64,000 bases of DNA from Octopus sinensis (Eukaryota), in the NCBI RefSeq assembly GCF_006345805.1, contig NC_043010.1:56544001-56608000 (forward strand), read 5' to 3'. Under the pieces are notes generated by a model. That model worked only from the letters and a program-made list of their open reading frames with translations, searched no databases and was not told where the DNA came from. Numbering within the stretch: the first letter of the stretch is position 1; the number at the start of each line of letters is the position of its first letter. The translations under genes were made by a program, and so were the position numbers. Below are positions 1 to 12,310 of this stretch, one piece after another.

Positions 1-399
1 ACCAGAGCAACATCTTAACGGAATTTACACCTGTCTCTCTTGATGTTGCTGTCTTTGGTAAAATTCTTGTGAAGCAACAATGACCTGACTGTATTTCAGC
101 CACTACAAGAATGGACAATATTTCTTCTTCAAACATCCAGGAATTTAAAACAGAGAATAATTCAGTGAAACTTGAACCAAAAAGATTAAAATCCTTGTTA
201 ATTACCAATTAATTAGCAATACTGAACAACCACAGTAATTACCAGGCTCGTTTGGTTACTCAACTCTAAAAACGGTTTTTTTCCCTCAACTTTCTCTTTT
301 GCCAGACTTACCTGAAACCCTTCTTCTCATCTAAACTGAGGCTTCTGCAATGACACTTTCAGGTGTCTTCTTCTCTCGACCAAAAAACTTTGGTCGGCC

Positions 400-750
400 A
401 CCACCCCTACCAAACAGACTGTTAGCAAATGGGGAACCTTTTGACTTTTTGGCCATGTCCCACACTGATCGACAAGCAGGATGGAGGAGGGCAGCTGTGG
501 AAGGAACCTATGGAAAAGGTAAACCGAGGAAGACATGGGATGAGGTGATGAAGCATGCTCTTTGAATGTGGGGCCTCATGGAGGTGATGACAAGTGACCA
601 TGATCTCTGGTGATGTGCTATGTGTGAGAAGACTCACCAGGCCAAGTGAAATCGTAGTTGTGGCCATGCTGGTGCCATGTAAACGGGACCTGTCCATCGT
701 AGTTGTGGTCATTGCCGGTGCCATGTGAATGCCACCCATGACTTTTAGTA
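400..750 (+). mobile_element. Decayed RTE 3' fragment
   Basis: AVEGTYGKGKPRKTWDEV matches the RTE C-terminus (AVEGTCGRGRPRKTWDEV). Confidence 0.75.
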
Positions 751-2735
751 AGAGTAGTTTTCTCCTCATCGGCCACAGACAACACTGCGAGCTGAATGAA
801 GAGATTACCTCTCTTCTGCTTTTCCAGTCACCGTACAGTGACTGGCAGCTCACCGTCAGTAAATTACAGAGCAGGGAGCACTAAGCAGTGAGGAGTGTCT
901 CATATGTTTGGAATTAAAACCAGGATTCTCCCCTCTTTCTTAAACCAAACTTATCAAGTCCCCACAGCTATTTCTATGTCTCTGTATCAACTTCAAAACT
1001 CATCCACCCTCATCTGATGACTTCTTCTACTTGTCTATGTTTTAAGGATAAAGAGTGAATGTTTCCTATCACGTCCACAGTATGATGTCTCCAACGGACT
1101 TTCGAGGACAATAATTTTGCTTAATCCTTCCGCATTCACTTTATTCTGTCAAATGAAAATGCTTATTTAGTCACATTGTTTTGAATTAATTGTGCGTTAT
1201 CTCAAAGCTTTGAGATTTTGATGATGTGAATGTTTACTTTTAGAATGACATTGTAGGATAGGTGTGAGAAACCAGATCTGGCCAGTTTGAAAGAAAAACA
1301 ATATTTTGACTGCACATGACCAGGAAGAACCTGTCAATGGAACTCTCATCTTCATCCATTTCCCTCGCTGGCTGGACAGCTGCACCAGGTTCCAGTGTCT
1401 GCTTTGGAATAGTTTCTACAGCCGGATGCTCTTCCTGACACCAACCACCCCACAGATTATGCTAGTTGCTTTTTATATGGCACCAACACCAACAGGGTCA
1501 CCGAGTAACTTGCAATGCAAAGACCTTTCAGCTGGAACGGAAGAGAAGTAGCTCTGTGCCAGTTGAGAGCTTAAAGTATGAAAGGGGGATAGATAAGGGT
1601 GTCTTATAGAAGAGATCCTTGGCTCCCCCAGTAAGAAACGAAGCAAGGGGAAGGAAAGTTTGAGTTTGAAAGATAGCTAGAGAGAGTGTGGAAGGGGTCC
1701 AGCTCTGTGGACATAAATAATGCTTGCCCTTCATTGTAGAAATGGAATCGGTCATCAACAGGACATTCTTTGCCTGGGTGGTTGTCTCAGTTTGAAGATG
1801 TTTTACTTGGGGAGTTTAGACCCTAATAATGAATAGAAACCAAAAGTGGATCCAGGTTAAATTAATTAACATTCCTCATCACCTGTCAAATACCCAAATT
1901 GAGACAGTTCTAATGAAAGACATAACACCCTCTGGACGACTGACCTCTACTTTGCTGACCTCTGACCTCTCTGTTAATCACATGAGAGACAAAGTCATTG
2001 TTTCACCACATCAAAATCCTCAGTCAACAAGAATCTGGAAATTGCTGGTGAAACTAAATCTTTAAAATGCCAGCGAATATATAATAAATGGTTGCATTGT
2101 AGGATACTTTTGTTAAAGACTTACAAAACCCTTGTTTCTTTTGTTAAATGTTTTTCACCAAATAAACTGATTGATCCTCACATATTGTTTCTCATTAAGG
2201 CTCACAGAAAATGTTAAGTTCAGCTAGTCTGTTCTGGGTCAGCTATTCTTGTGAACATCAGTCCACTCATGACCAACCATAGCAAATCCAAACTATGATC
2301 ATCTCCTCTCTTTTTTTCATTACCCCCTTTCATATATAAAACCATTTATCTCCATTTTCCTGGCATAAATTCTGTTCGATTTTATTGAAGCACATCTCTC
2401 CTGCAGCCGGAGACTCTTTTGCTCTCCAAACCATTCTTGCTCTTTATTTCACTGATTCTCTCGTGGAGAGGCATTTGTGCCCTGCAGAAACAATATCGTC
2501 ACCACTTCTTGCTTAAATGACAGCATATTGAATTGACATTTACATACGACAAGCTTCAGCATAGTTTCCATCTACCAATTACACTCACTAAGCATTGTTG
2601 TTGTTCAGTCTTAGGTTCATCCTAATTCAGCAAGCCTATGATCTCTGCCATTATCTTCTCTACTCTTCCTTACTTTACATTCTACAAACTCGTTTTTAAC
2701 AACACAAAATTTCTCTGCTCCATTTCCACGTTTTA

Positions 2736-2767
<32 letters not shown>

Positions 2768-3389
2768 TTCTCACCCCTCTCTGTTATTGTGCAATATTAG
2801 ACTTGTGATCATCTTCTGTTGTTGTTTTTGTTTAGCCCCAGGCCAACTCTTGCTGATCAAAAACAATCCATCAGTGACCATCCTGTCCTAATCCTAGCCA
2901 CACTACACCCTACACCATATCTAGTGTATGTTGTAAGATAACAGTGTAATTTGAGGGAGATATTAGCTACTATTTCTATTGGCTTTATTCACAGCATAGA
3001 CATTTTATGTCAACAAAGCAGAATGAATATGTTGTGGCCTTCAAGGCCGAACAATTCCATTGCCAGGAGTCACTGCAAGTCTGTACCAAGAAAGATAACT
3101 CTGCCTGTGACCGTTGTAGCGATTGTCTCCCTTAGTTCACCTCTAAACTTCCTACGATATAAAATTATATCTTAATTTAAATCTAAATCTTACATATATC
3201 GCCTGATGTATGTATATTTATAAATATATATCCCATGTACACTATCAGTTAACAGAATACAGATCTCTATCTCGAGCTGTGAATTGGCTGATATCTTTTG
3301 AATGAAATTTGTTTGAGGGAAACTTTTTGAAAGTGTGTCCATGTGTGTGTGTATGAAGGTTTATATGTGTGTCGTGTGTTAGAAAGTTG

Positions 3390-3425
<36 letters not shown>

Positions 3426-3479
3426 CACTAAATATCGTTTGTTGCAACTTTGTTATATTTCAATAATTTTGTGGCAGGA

Positions 3480-3840
3480 GTCAGATGTGGAATCCCGATG
3501 GAGTTGATTCAAGATGCTGATTGCTGGACAAGTGTTGGTTCTGAGGGAATTCCAGTGTGAAGAGGGCAAAGAGTTGGACCTTGTGATAAGTTTGGGAGAT
3601 GGAGGAGGGGTACACAGTATAGACTGGGTGGAGATGGTACAGGGTGGACCGGCTGTGAGGAGCAGAGGTCATTACAGTGGCAGTAGAGGAGACAGTAGGG
3701 CTGTGAGTCACAGATGGGAGTCTGTCAGAAATGGTTAAGAAGAGACCTAAAGTCTGTGAGGCACTTTGTGGGGTTGTTATGTGGATTGAAGTTAAGAAAT
3801 GGAAACAGAGAGGACAGGAAGAAGGAGGCTTTTAGAGTGG
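3480..3840 (-). mobile_element. Possible decayed CR1/L2 LINE 3' fragment
   Basis: One minus-strand frame contains HWNSLR, resembling the C-terminal WNSLP motif; otherwise weak. Confidence 0.3.
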
Positions 3841-4240
3841 ATAACATCATCATCATCATCACTATTAGTTATAATTTTTTTAACGCCTTCCTATTCTTCC
3901 ACCACATTGTGACCCCTTTAATCATTCTCCACTTATACCTGCTACTTTCTCTGATACTCCCTTGACAACTCACCTCACATGTACACACTCTACATCAAAT
4001 AGGCCACGTTGCACCTCTCACCACCCCACCCAACACCCAATACAATTTTGTGAAAATATGACTGTCAAAACTGTTGTGCAAGAGTACACCTCCACCCCCG
4101 GCAAGAATGGACTGGACCACTGCATACAAAATAGGGGTTTGAGTAAGTGAGGTAGTTCATGCTAGTTCCACAGTTCATGTGTTGAGCGTTCAAAGTTTAC
4201 AGTTTGATAATACAGTTCTGTATTTAAGAGATGAGGAATC

Positions 4241-4486
4241 ATTTACATTTGACAGATATTTGTCCTCATCTTATTTGTTGTTATCACAACGTTTCGGCTG
4301 ATATACCCTCCAGCCTTCATCAGGTGTCTTGGGGAAATTTCGAACATGGTTTCTCATTCCTCAGGTATTTTTGGATGTTGTTGTTGTTGTTGTTATCATT
4401 ATTATTATTATGTAGGTCACTGCCTGGAATCGAACTTGGAATCTTGGGGTTAGTAGCCTGCGCTGTTAACCACTATGCCATATGCC
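4241..4486 (-). mobile_element. tRNA-headed SINE-like element with hammerhead-containing tail (left copy)
   Basis: Reverse complement of 4491-4721. Confidence 0.75.
4283..4328 (-). ncRNA. Minimal type-I hammerhead ribozyme fold
   Basis: GACAC-CUGAUGA-A-GGCUG(10 nt)CAGCC-GAA-ACGU-U-GUGAU; one mismatch in stem I. Confidence 0.7.
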
Positions 4487-4490
4487 CACT

Positions 4491-4721
4491 GGCATATGGC
4501 GTAGTGGTTAAGAGCCCGGGCTACTAACCCCAAGATTCCAAGTTCGATTCCAACCAGTGACCTACATAATAATAATGATAACAACATTGAAAAATACCTT
4601 AGGAATGAGAACCTAGGTTTGAAATTTCTCCAAGACACCTGATGAAGGCTGGAGGGTATATCAGCCGAAACATTGTGTTTACAACAAACAAGATGAGGAC
4701 AAATATCCGTCAAATGTAAAT
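4491..4721 (+). mobile_element. tRNA-headed SINE-like element with hammerhead-containing tail (right copy)
   Basis: A box TGGCGTAGTGG 4497-4507, B box GTTCGATTCC 4542-4551, then (AAT)n and CTGATGA-A-GGCTG...CAGCC-GAAAC. Confidence 0.75.
4633..4680 (+). ncRNA. Minimal type-I hammerhead ribozyme fold (stem III ACGU changed to ACAU)
   Basis: AGACAC-CUGAUGA-A-GGCUG(10 nt)CAGCC-GAA-ACAU-U-GUGUUU; 6-bp stem I. Confidence 0.65.
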
Positions 4722-5006
4722 AATGTTTAGAGTTTGGGTTGTTGGTTCTTAAAAGATTGTTGTTGTTACTGCTGTTCATTTCAGTTATATTGTTATTACA
4801 TTGTTGCAGAGTATTCGTCATTTATCTTTAGAGATATAAGAAAAACAGTTTTTTAAAATGTAAAAGGTGAATTTGAAAAGAATTTTTCATGATTTGTGGG
4901 TGGTGGGGTGACCTGCTGACCGTAGCCAATATATGAAACCCATACCACGCTGACCTCCTCTCGTCAAAGGTTAATGATCACTAATTTATGATGGTTTTAC
5001 TTTCAG

Positions 5007-5175
5007 AATTGGTCGTCAGTTTTCCGCTGCAGCTGAATCTAATAAAGTCGCTGAAGGAAGCAACACCACAACAGCTGCACCCCCTCCTGGGGCTGCAGAT
5101 GCTGTACATAATGAACTGAATAAGGAGTTGCTGGAAGAAAATAAGAAATTAACAGAAAATGTAAAGAAAATGAAG
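5007..5175 (+). CDS. GRPEL1: Mitochondrial GrpE nucleotide-exchange factor, internal coding exon (phase 2 in, phase 0 out); first coding exon not found in window
   Basis: tttcAG at 5005-5006 and AAG|GTagtt donor at 5176. Frame reads IGRQFSAAAESNKVAEG...NELNKELLEENKKLTENVKKMK (end of presequence plus start of coiled coil) and joins in frame to DKYLLALAE at 6642. Confidence 0.85.
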
Positions 5176-5372
5176 GTAGTTATTGTTGTTATTATAGCCA
5201 CTGGTCACTTTTCAGTTGACCTTTATTGTTATGAGGTCAGCTGATGTTCTGTACTATAGCCAGGGCTTGAACAATACCTTGAAACTGATGACAAGGTATT
5301 GGTCAACCTTGTCAGATGGAAACTAGAAAAAGCCCTTCTATATATGCATGCCTGTATATATGGGTGCAGGTA

Positions 5373-5715
5373 TGGCTGTGTGGTAAGAAGCTTGCCTCCC
5401 AACCACATGGTTCCAGGTTCGGTCCCACTTCAAGGCACCTTGGGCAAGTGTCTTCTACTATAGCCTCAGGCTGACCAAAGCAATGTGAGTGGATTTGGTG
5501 GATGGAAACTGAAAGAAGCCCATCATATGTATGTGTGTGTCTATTTGTGTCTGTGTTTGTCCCCCTATCACCACTTGGCGACCAGTGTTGGTGTGTTTAT
5601 GTCCCTTGTAACTTAGCTGGTTGGCAAAAAAGACCAATAGAATAAGTACTGCAATTGGTTCATTCACCTAAAAATTGGTGGTGCTCCAGCATGGCCACAG
5701 TCTAATGACTGAAAC
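5373..5715 (+). mobile_element. tRNA-derived SINE (CORE-like ccttgggcaagtgtcttc); further copies e.g. about 15500-15660, 17090-17220 (-), 35320-35470, 60520-60760
   Basis: A box TGGCTGTGTGG, B box GGTTCGGTCCC, and a shared body seen repeatedly in the window. Confidence 0.75.
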
Positions 5716-6641
5716 AAGGTGGTGCTCCAGCATGGCCATAGTCTAATGACTGAACAAAGAAAACGATGTGTGTCAGTGTATATATTTGTGTGTGAACTGA
5801 TTGTGATGACAAAAGTGTCATCATCTTAGAATGTCCATTTTCTTCATGGCTCACATCGAATAATCTTGAGACTGATTTTCTACAGCAGGGTGCCTTTCCT
5901 GTTACCAACTCTCACCTGTTTTAAAGCAATGTAATATCCTCTCCTCCCCCCCCCCATCCCTTCGGGGTGAGGGGCAGAAGACTAGAAATGACCAACATTG
6001 TTTGTACGATGCTCGTGTGCATTCACAGGCATCGCTTGGTTTCAAGACAAGAATACACGCATGCACACACACACACACTCATCATTTAATGTGGACTCTA
6101 TTGAAATAAAAGCTACAATAGTTCCTTGTCATTAACACATTTTCTTAGGCAAATTTCTATAATATGCCTTGTCTTTCCAAGCAATCCTCATGCTCTGACC
6201 CTGTGTCTCAATGCCAAGAGACTCTTAGTAGTTTTTATTTTATTTAATACAGTGCACATTAAACGGTATGCGTGCATCCACACACATGCATACATATACA
6301 TGCACGCGCGCACTCACACACAACTGGCTTCTTTCAGTTTCCATCTATGAAATCCACTCACAAGGCTGTGGTGGGCCCATACCTATTTACTGTTCATCCA
6401 GACGATGTCCCATGTTTATAGTCTTCCATGAAGGAATGTCCGGGTTGTTTGTTGTTTGATTAAGCTGGGTTAGTCTCATCTGACCTATGCAGGGATGGAA
6501 AAGCAGAAGTTAAACCGATGATGATAAGGGTAGCTAAAGACTTAATGAAGTGTATTAATTAATGTAGCAAAAGACTTGTATTTTTTGATTACTTCGTGAA
6601 TATATTAATTATTATTGCTTTTAATTGTTTCTTTTTGACAG

Positions 6642-7070
6642 GACAAATACTTGTTGGCATTGGCAGAAAGTGAAAACGTTCGAATGAGGATGAATAAACA
6701 GATCCAAGATGCCAAACTATTCAGCATCCAGGGCTTCTGTCGAGACCTCTTTGAGGTGGCAGACATTTTGACCAAAGCTACTGAATCAGTCCCAAAGGAA
6801 GAATTAGAGATGAACCAGCATCTAAAAGATTTATTTGAAGGATTAAGCATGACGGAGATCCAACTGCAGAAAGTGTTTAATAAACACGCCATTGAACAGA
6901 TCATACCAAAAGAAGGGGACAAATTTGACCCCTACCTCCATGAAGCCATGTTTGAAGTGAGTTGTGAGGGCAAAGAAGCAGGGACAGTAGCAACCCTCAC
7001 AAAATTAGGCTACAAGCTGCATAATCGAACTGTCAGACCAGCAGTAGTTGGGGTTTATAAGGCAATGTAA
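6642..7070 (+). CDS. GRPEL1: Mitochondrial GrpE, terminal coding exon
   Basis: ttttgacAG acceptor at 6640-6641. DKYLLALAESENVRMR...GFCRDLFEVAD...FDPYLHEAMF...GYKLHNRTVRPAVVGVYKAM* contains the GrpE hallmarks (AE-ENxR, FDPxxHEA, GYxLxxRxxRPA-V-V). Confidence 0.95.
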   Translation, partial: DKYLLALAESENVRMRMNKQIQDAKLFSIQGFCRDLFEVADILTKATESVPKEELEMNQHLKDLFEGLSMTEIQLQKVFNKHAIEQIIPKEGDKFDPYLHEAMFEVSCEGKEAGTVATLTKLGYKLHNRTVRPAVVGVYKAM

Positions 7071-7152
7071 AAAAATGTGTAGAATGATTAAGAACAATCT
7101 GTGGGTGGGGAAGGGAGTGGACAAGGGTTGTTGGTTGCCACAAAAACTGTTC

Positions 7153-7158
7153 AATAAA
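7153..7158 (+). terminator. Candidate polyadenylation signal of GrpE
   Basis: AATAAA about 80 nt after the stop codon, followed by a T-rich stretch. Confidence 0.5.
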
Positions 7159-8445
7159 TTTTGTTCCCCTTTTTTTCTGCTAATGAGAAAATGATGGGGG
7201 AGATATAATTTAAAGAAGCCCTTTCGGTGAGAGTGAAGTGGAAAGTGTCTGTTAATTGATATTTTACAAGTAAAAGTGATTTCTTCTATAAATACTTGTC
7301 TGTTTATTGATTTTTAGAATTATTGATTGATCACTTTGATTTCATCATCATCATCATCATCATCATCACCAACAGGGGGAAGGAGCTGTTATAACTGACT
7401 GAGTGGTTGGAGTGGGAGAGAGAGAGAAAGTCATAAAAGCACAAGGAATTACAGTTTGGCCCCTAAAACAGTAAATGCAGTTTCCAAGAACTCCTGCTAC
7501 TTGGATTGGCGGAATTGTTAGAAAATCCTACAAAATACCTTGTAATGTTAATTAAGAGCACATTCTGAATTCACAAAGTATCGTTCAAAGGTAGCTTTGT
7601 CTGAGGAAAATATAGTTGACTGACCCCTCTTTCTCCAACATCTCTCGTCTGTACCTAGGTTATGACAGGTACTCTGTCAGTGACGATGACAAGTGTTCCA
7701 GTCTACCCAATCAACAGAACATAAATGAAATTAAGTGACTGAGTTCTCCTCCTCCTCAGACACGCATTCATTTAACAGAGTTGCTCTCAGACAGATTCAG
7801 CATGACACAGAATGTGACATGGTTGGCCCTTTTGAATTACTGGTACAATTCTTTTTTTGCCAGCTGAGTGGACTGGAGCAATAAAGTGAAATAAAGTGTC
7901 TTGCTCAAGGGCACAATGCTCTGCCAGGAATTGAACTCACACCCTTGTGCCTTGTGGCTGAACCTAACCACTAAGCCACCTTGCTATAACTATTTCTTAT
8001 TATGATTATTAGTAGTTATTAGTATGATTTGGTTTCGCTTTAAGTTATACAAGTTGTAGCCAGATCTCAACCAGAGACATCAAGGGACAACAAGGTGTTG
8101 CATCCAAAGATGCTAACAGGTAAGATGCCATTGCAATTGTAAAACTGATGTCTGCAGGGGTCGGGGGAGTGTTTCCAGAGAATATATGAAAAAGCCATGG
8201 GCCATAAATATGATCTTTTTGCAATTCACTTATGTTGGGGCTGCCAGGGAAATTTCAGTCTCCAGGTCATTGTGATGTCAAGGCAACCAGCTGGCAGAAT
8301 TCATATTTATGTTCTGTGTTCAAATCTCCTGAGATCAACTTTGCCTTTCATCCTTTTGGGGTCAGTGGAGTACTAGGATCGGTGTAATTGACTTACCCCC
8401 TCCCCTGAAATTGCTGGCCTTGTGCCAAAAGTTTGAAACTATTAA

Positions 8446-8477
<32 letters not shown>

Positions 8478-9195
8478 TACGTTACTTCTTAGAGCTATCA
8501 ATCTTACTTGTTCTGTTTCATTCCGTGAGAGCAGACAGCATCCTATGGTCAAAGGTCTCACTGGGTCTCTTTCCCTAAATCATAAGACTTGGTACCTTGG
8601 TGTTATGTTTCTTGGAAGACGCTCAACATCCAAGCACCAACCTCAAAATCCTCATTGTCCCCCAACAGAGCAGGTTTTTGGCCTGCTCTGCCCTCATCTC
8701 AATTCATATTTCTCCAGACATAAAGCACTGGGGTCGATATAATCAACTCACCGCCTCCTTCGAAATTGCTGGCCTTGTGCCAACATTGAAACCATTATTA
8801 TTATTATTGTTGTTGTTATCTGATGTCATCTTATGGCAAGACTGATATCAAAGTTCACACATTGGTCCAGTTTTAGCACAGTCAAGTGATGTGGAAGGCA
8901 AAGAGAAGTAACCTCATTAATTACTGGTATTGACCAAACGTTCATGAACAGATATTGTTTAGCTGCTGGTCAGACCTGATCAGTCTCCTCCATAAGGAAA
9001 GACATTCCAGTCGTGGCCATCACATCTTTATTTAGAAATTGTTGAGCTCAGATACATTATTATCCCATATGTCACTTTTTAAGACAGTGGGGTGTGATGT
9101 AAGGTGGATTTGGCTGCTATCTCTAGATTTGGTTGACTAACACAGGATATATATACATATACACACTCCCACTTTAATGTGTTAATATTACAAGC

Positions 9196-9350
9196 TGGCA
9201 GAATCGTTAGCACGCTGGGCAAAATGCTTAGCGGTATTTCGTCTGCCATTAAGTTCTGAGTTCAAACTCCGCCAAGGTTGACTTTGCCTTTCATCCTTTC
9301 AGAGTCGATGAAATACGTACCAGTTACACACTGGGGTTGATGTAATTGAC
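9196..9350 (+). mobile_element. SINE with Nin/Deu-like domain (gcctttcatcctttc.gggtcga); many copies on both strands
   Basis: Motif recurs at about 8340, 32490, 32700, 40740 (-), 45520 (-), 48680 (-), 54630. Confidence 0.6.
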
Positions 9351-10802
9351 ACGATCCAGCAGACCTATCATCAAGGGGGTTCCAGCCATGACCTTCCTGA
9401 CTTTATAACAATATTGAATGTGTCTTTCATTTCTAACTTGGTTCCAACTAATTTGACTGTTACTTTTAGTAATCAGATAAAGGCTTCCTGTGGAATTTTC
9501 TCTCTGTGCTCTAGTGACACATAGTATGTCTATAGTATAAGGGCATATAGAGTGTCTGTAGTATAGGTTAGAGTGAGTGTGGTTTGTGGCTTTGTCTTAA
9601 CACACAACACAAATATATTTGTGTCAATCCACTTAAAATAATCTACATTTTTACAAATTTAAGGATTGTTTAAGGTGGTGCTCCAGCATGGCCATAGTCT
9701 AATGACTGAAGCAAGAAAACGATGTGTGTCAGTGTATATATTTGTGTGTGAACTGATTGTGATGACAAAAGTATCATCATCTTAGAATCTCCATTTTCTT
9801 CATGGCTCATAGAGAATAATCAAATATATTTGTGTCAATCCACTTAAAATAATCTACATTTTTACAAATTTAAGGATTGTTTCCCAACTCAGAACTTCAT
9901 AATGGCAGTTACTGTGTGTGTGTGTGTGTGTGTGTGTATCATTTAATACGCAGAGGACTTCAATGTCTGTTTATTAAATGATATTTATCTCTTACTGGAT
10001 GGAGTAATTTTTTTCTTTTTTGTTGATTCTAACAGAACTATTCACGGGATATATATGTGTGTATATATTGTCGATGTCATGTTTACAGATGTTGGCTCAA
10101 ACACTGCAGGTAGACTTTTTCTGTCAAAGAGATTCTTCAGCCCAATATTTACATGCTGTTATTTATAGCTTTATCTGCTTCAAGATCCACCATTCCAAAG
10201 CAGAATGTATACATATTGCTATTCTCTTCAACTGTTGTACATCCAAATTAATCCAAATATGTTTCTTCAATATTTATTTTTGCTTGCAAAAAGCTGGTTC
10301 TTTTGGTCAAACTTTCGTATCTCCAGCTGCTTCAGATGCCAAGATATCAAAGATTGTCAAAGTGTAGTACAACGGTTTTGCAATGGAATGGTGAAACTGT
10401 TTTTGCATTTTCTGAAAAAGAAACGTTTTGGACTTAAGACACTTTTGCATAATAACAATATGTTTATATGTATGCACGTATGTGTATGTGTGTGTGTGAA
10501 GGTGCATGACTCAGTAGTTAGAGCATCAGGCTCACAATCATGAGGTAGTGAGTTCAAATCTTGGACCGGGCTGCGTGTTGTGTTCTTGAACAAGGCACAT
10601 TATTCCTACGTTGCTCCAGTTCACTCAGCTGTAGAAATGAGTTGTGACATCACTGGTGCCAAGCTGTATCAGCCTTTGTCTTTCCCTTGGATAAGGTCGA
10701 TGGCATGGAGAGGAGGGGAGGCTGGTGTGCATGGGTGACTGCATTATATATATATATATATACACATTATATATATATACATACATACATACATTATATA
10801 TA

Positions 10803-10875
10803 CAGTAGTCCCCTGGTATTCATGTGGGTTACGTTCCTTGACCACACACGAATAGTAAAAAACCGCAAATATTGG
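10803..10875. mobile_element. Tigger/pogo-like MITE end
   Basis: TA|CAGTAGTCCCCC terminal motif. Confidence 0.4.
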
Positions 10876-11525
10876 ACGTGGTCCCTAGAAATGCCTATAA
10901 ATGTCAAAATGAAACAATTGAAACATCCCCAGGACTAAACGGGAAATATAGGTGGGAGGTAATCATACCCCGATACCCACAGTTTATATTTATAGACAGG
11001 TGGAATAGTTAGTGGGCTGTTATGTAGATGTGTGTGTGTGTGTAGGTAAATGGATATGAAAGTAAACAGAGAGACATACAGACAGACATGTACACAGGTA
11101 ATATGAACAGACAAGCACAGGTACACACACGCAATTGACGACTGAATCGCATGACCTTATACACACTTAACACAAAGACACACATCCACACAGATGGAGA
11201 TACACATCCATCCATACAGATCCAATATAGTCACAAAAACCCATACACACACACAAACATACATACATGCATACACGCACTTCCATGCATGCATACATAC
11301 ATACAAACATGTGTATGCGCACACACACTGACCCACACACGTGTGCACAAACAAAAAGAATGCAGCTTGGATAAAGGATAGAGTCAACGACTATTGAAAG
11401 GGTTGCAAAACAACGAAATGTTAGGAAAAATAAATAAGGAAATGAGTGGAAACTTAACCAATGCGTGTGTTAAATAATAAATCACTAAAAGAGAATAACT
11501 CTCCCCAGATACAAGATATATATAT

Positions 11526-11557
<32 letters not shown>

Positions 11558-12277
11558 CTCTTTTACTTGCTTCAGCCATGCAGCTGTGGTCATGCTGGAG
11601 ATCACATCCGTAGCCTATACCAGTGTCACATAAGCAGCCCATTTAAAAAGTACCTTTGAATCGTCGGGCAAGATGCCGTGTGTGTAGAGAGACTTACTCA
11701 AAATCAAAAATGGAAATTGTAGTTGTGGCCAATGCCAGTGCCACCTGACTGGCACGCAATAAGCACCATTCATGTGTGGGTCATTGCCAGTGCCAATTGA
11801 GTGGATCCTCGTGCCAGTGGCACATAAAAAGTACTATCCGAAGATATATATATATATAACCCGTGCTAGTGCAGAAAACGGACGTTAAACGATGAATGAA
11901 GTGAGTTCATGGCCTGCTGTGCCAACCTTGGATCGTAGAGTGATCCGCTGTTCTTGAAGAGACCTATTGAGTCAAGTACGTCAACACCAACATCAAAATA
12001 AAAATCAAATGAAAGTTGTAGTTAAGATACCCGTACCTGTGATGATGATGATGATACTATATATATATATATATATATATTGAGAATTTACAAAAAAATC
12101 AAAAGACGGAAACAGGTGGTGTAGACAACAAACAGATGTATTAGTTTTACGCTCAGGAATTGAAAAAGTCTTTTATATTTCAAGCCTGCACTCTTCAACA
12201 GAAAGGAACACAGAAAGAAAATAGAAAAGGTTTAATGGTTAGCGATCTGAATATATATATATACACACACACACACA

Positions 12278-12309
<32 letters not shown>

Positions 12310-12310
<1 letters not shown>

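Noticed and set aside
4491-4562. Functional tRNA gene
   Set aside because: No proper acceptor stem or T-run terminator; continues into a repeat body; it is a SINE head.
5284-5322. CTGATGA...GAAAC hammerhead candidate
   Set aside because: The hairpin pairs into the core itself, and the region is a decayed SINE copy.
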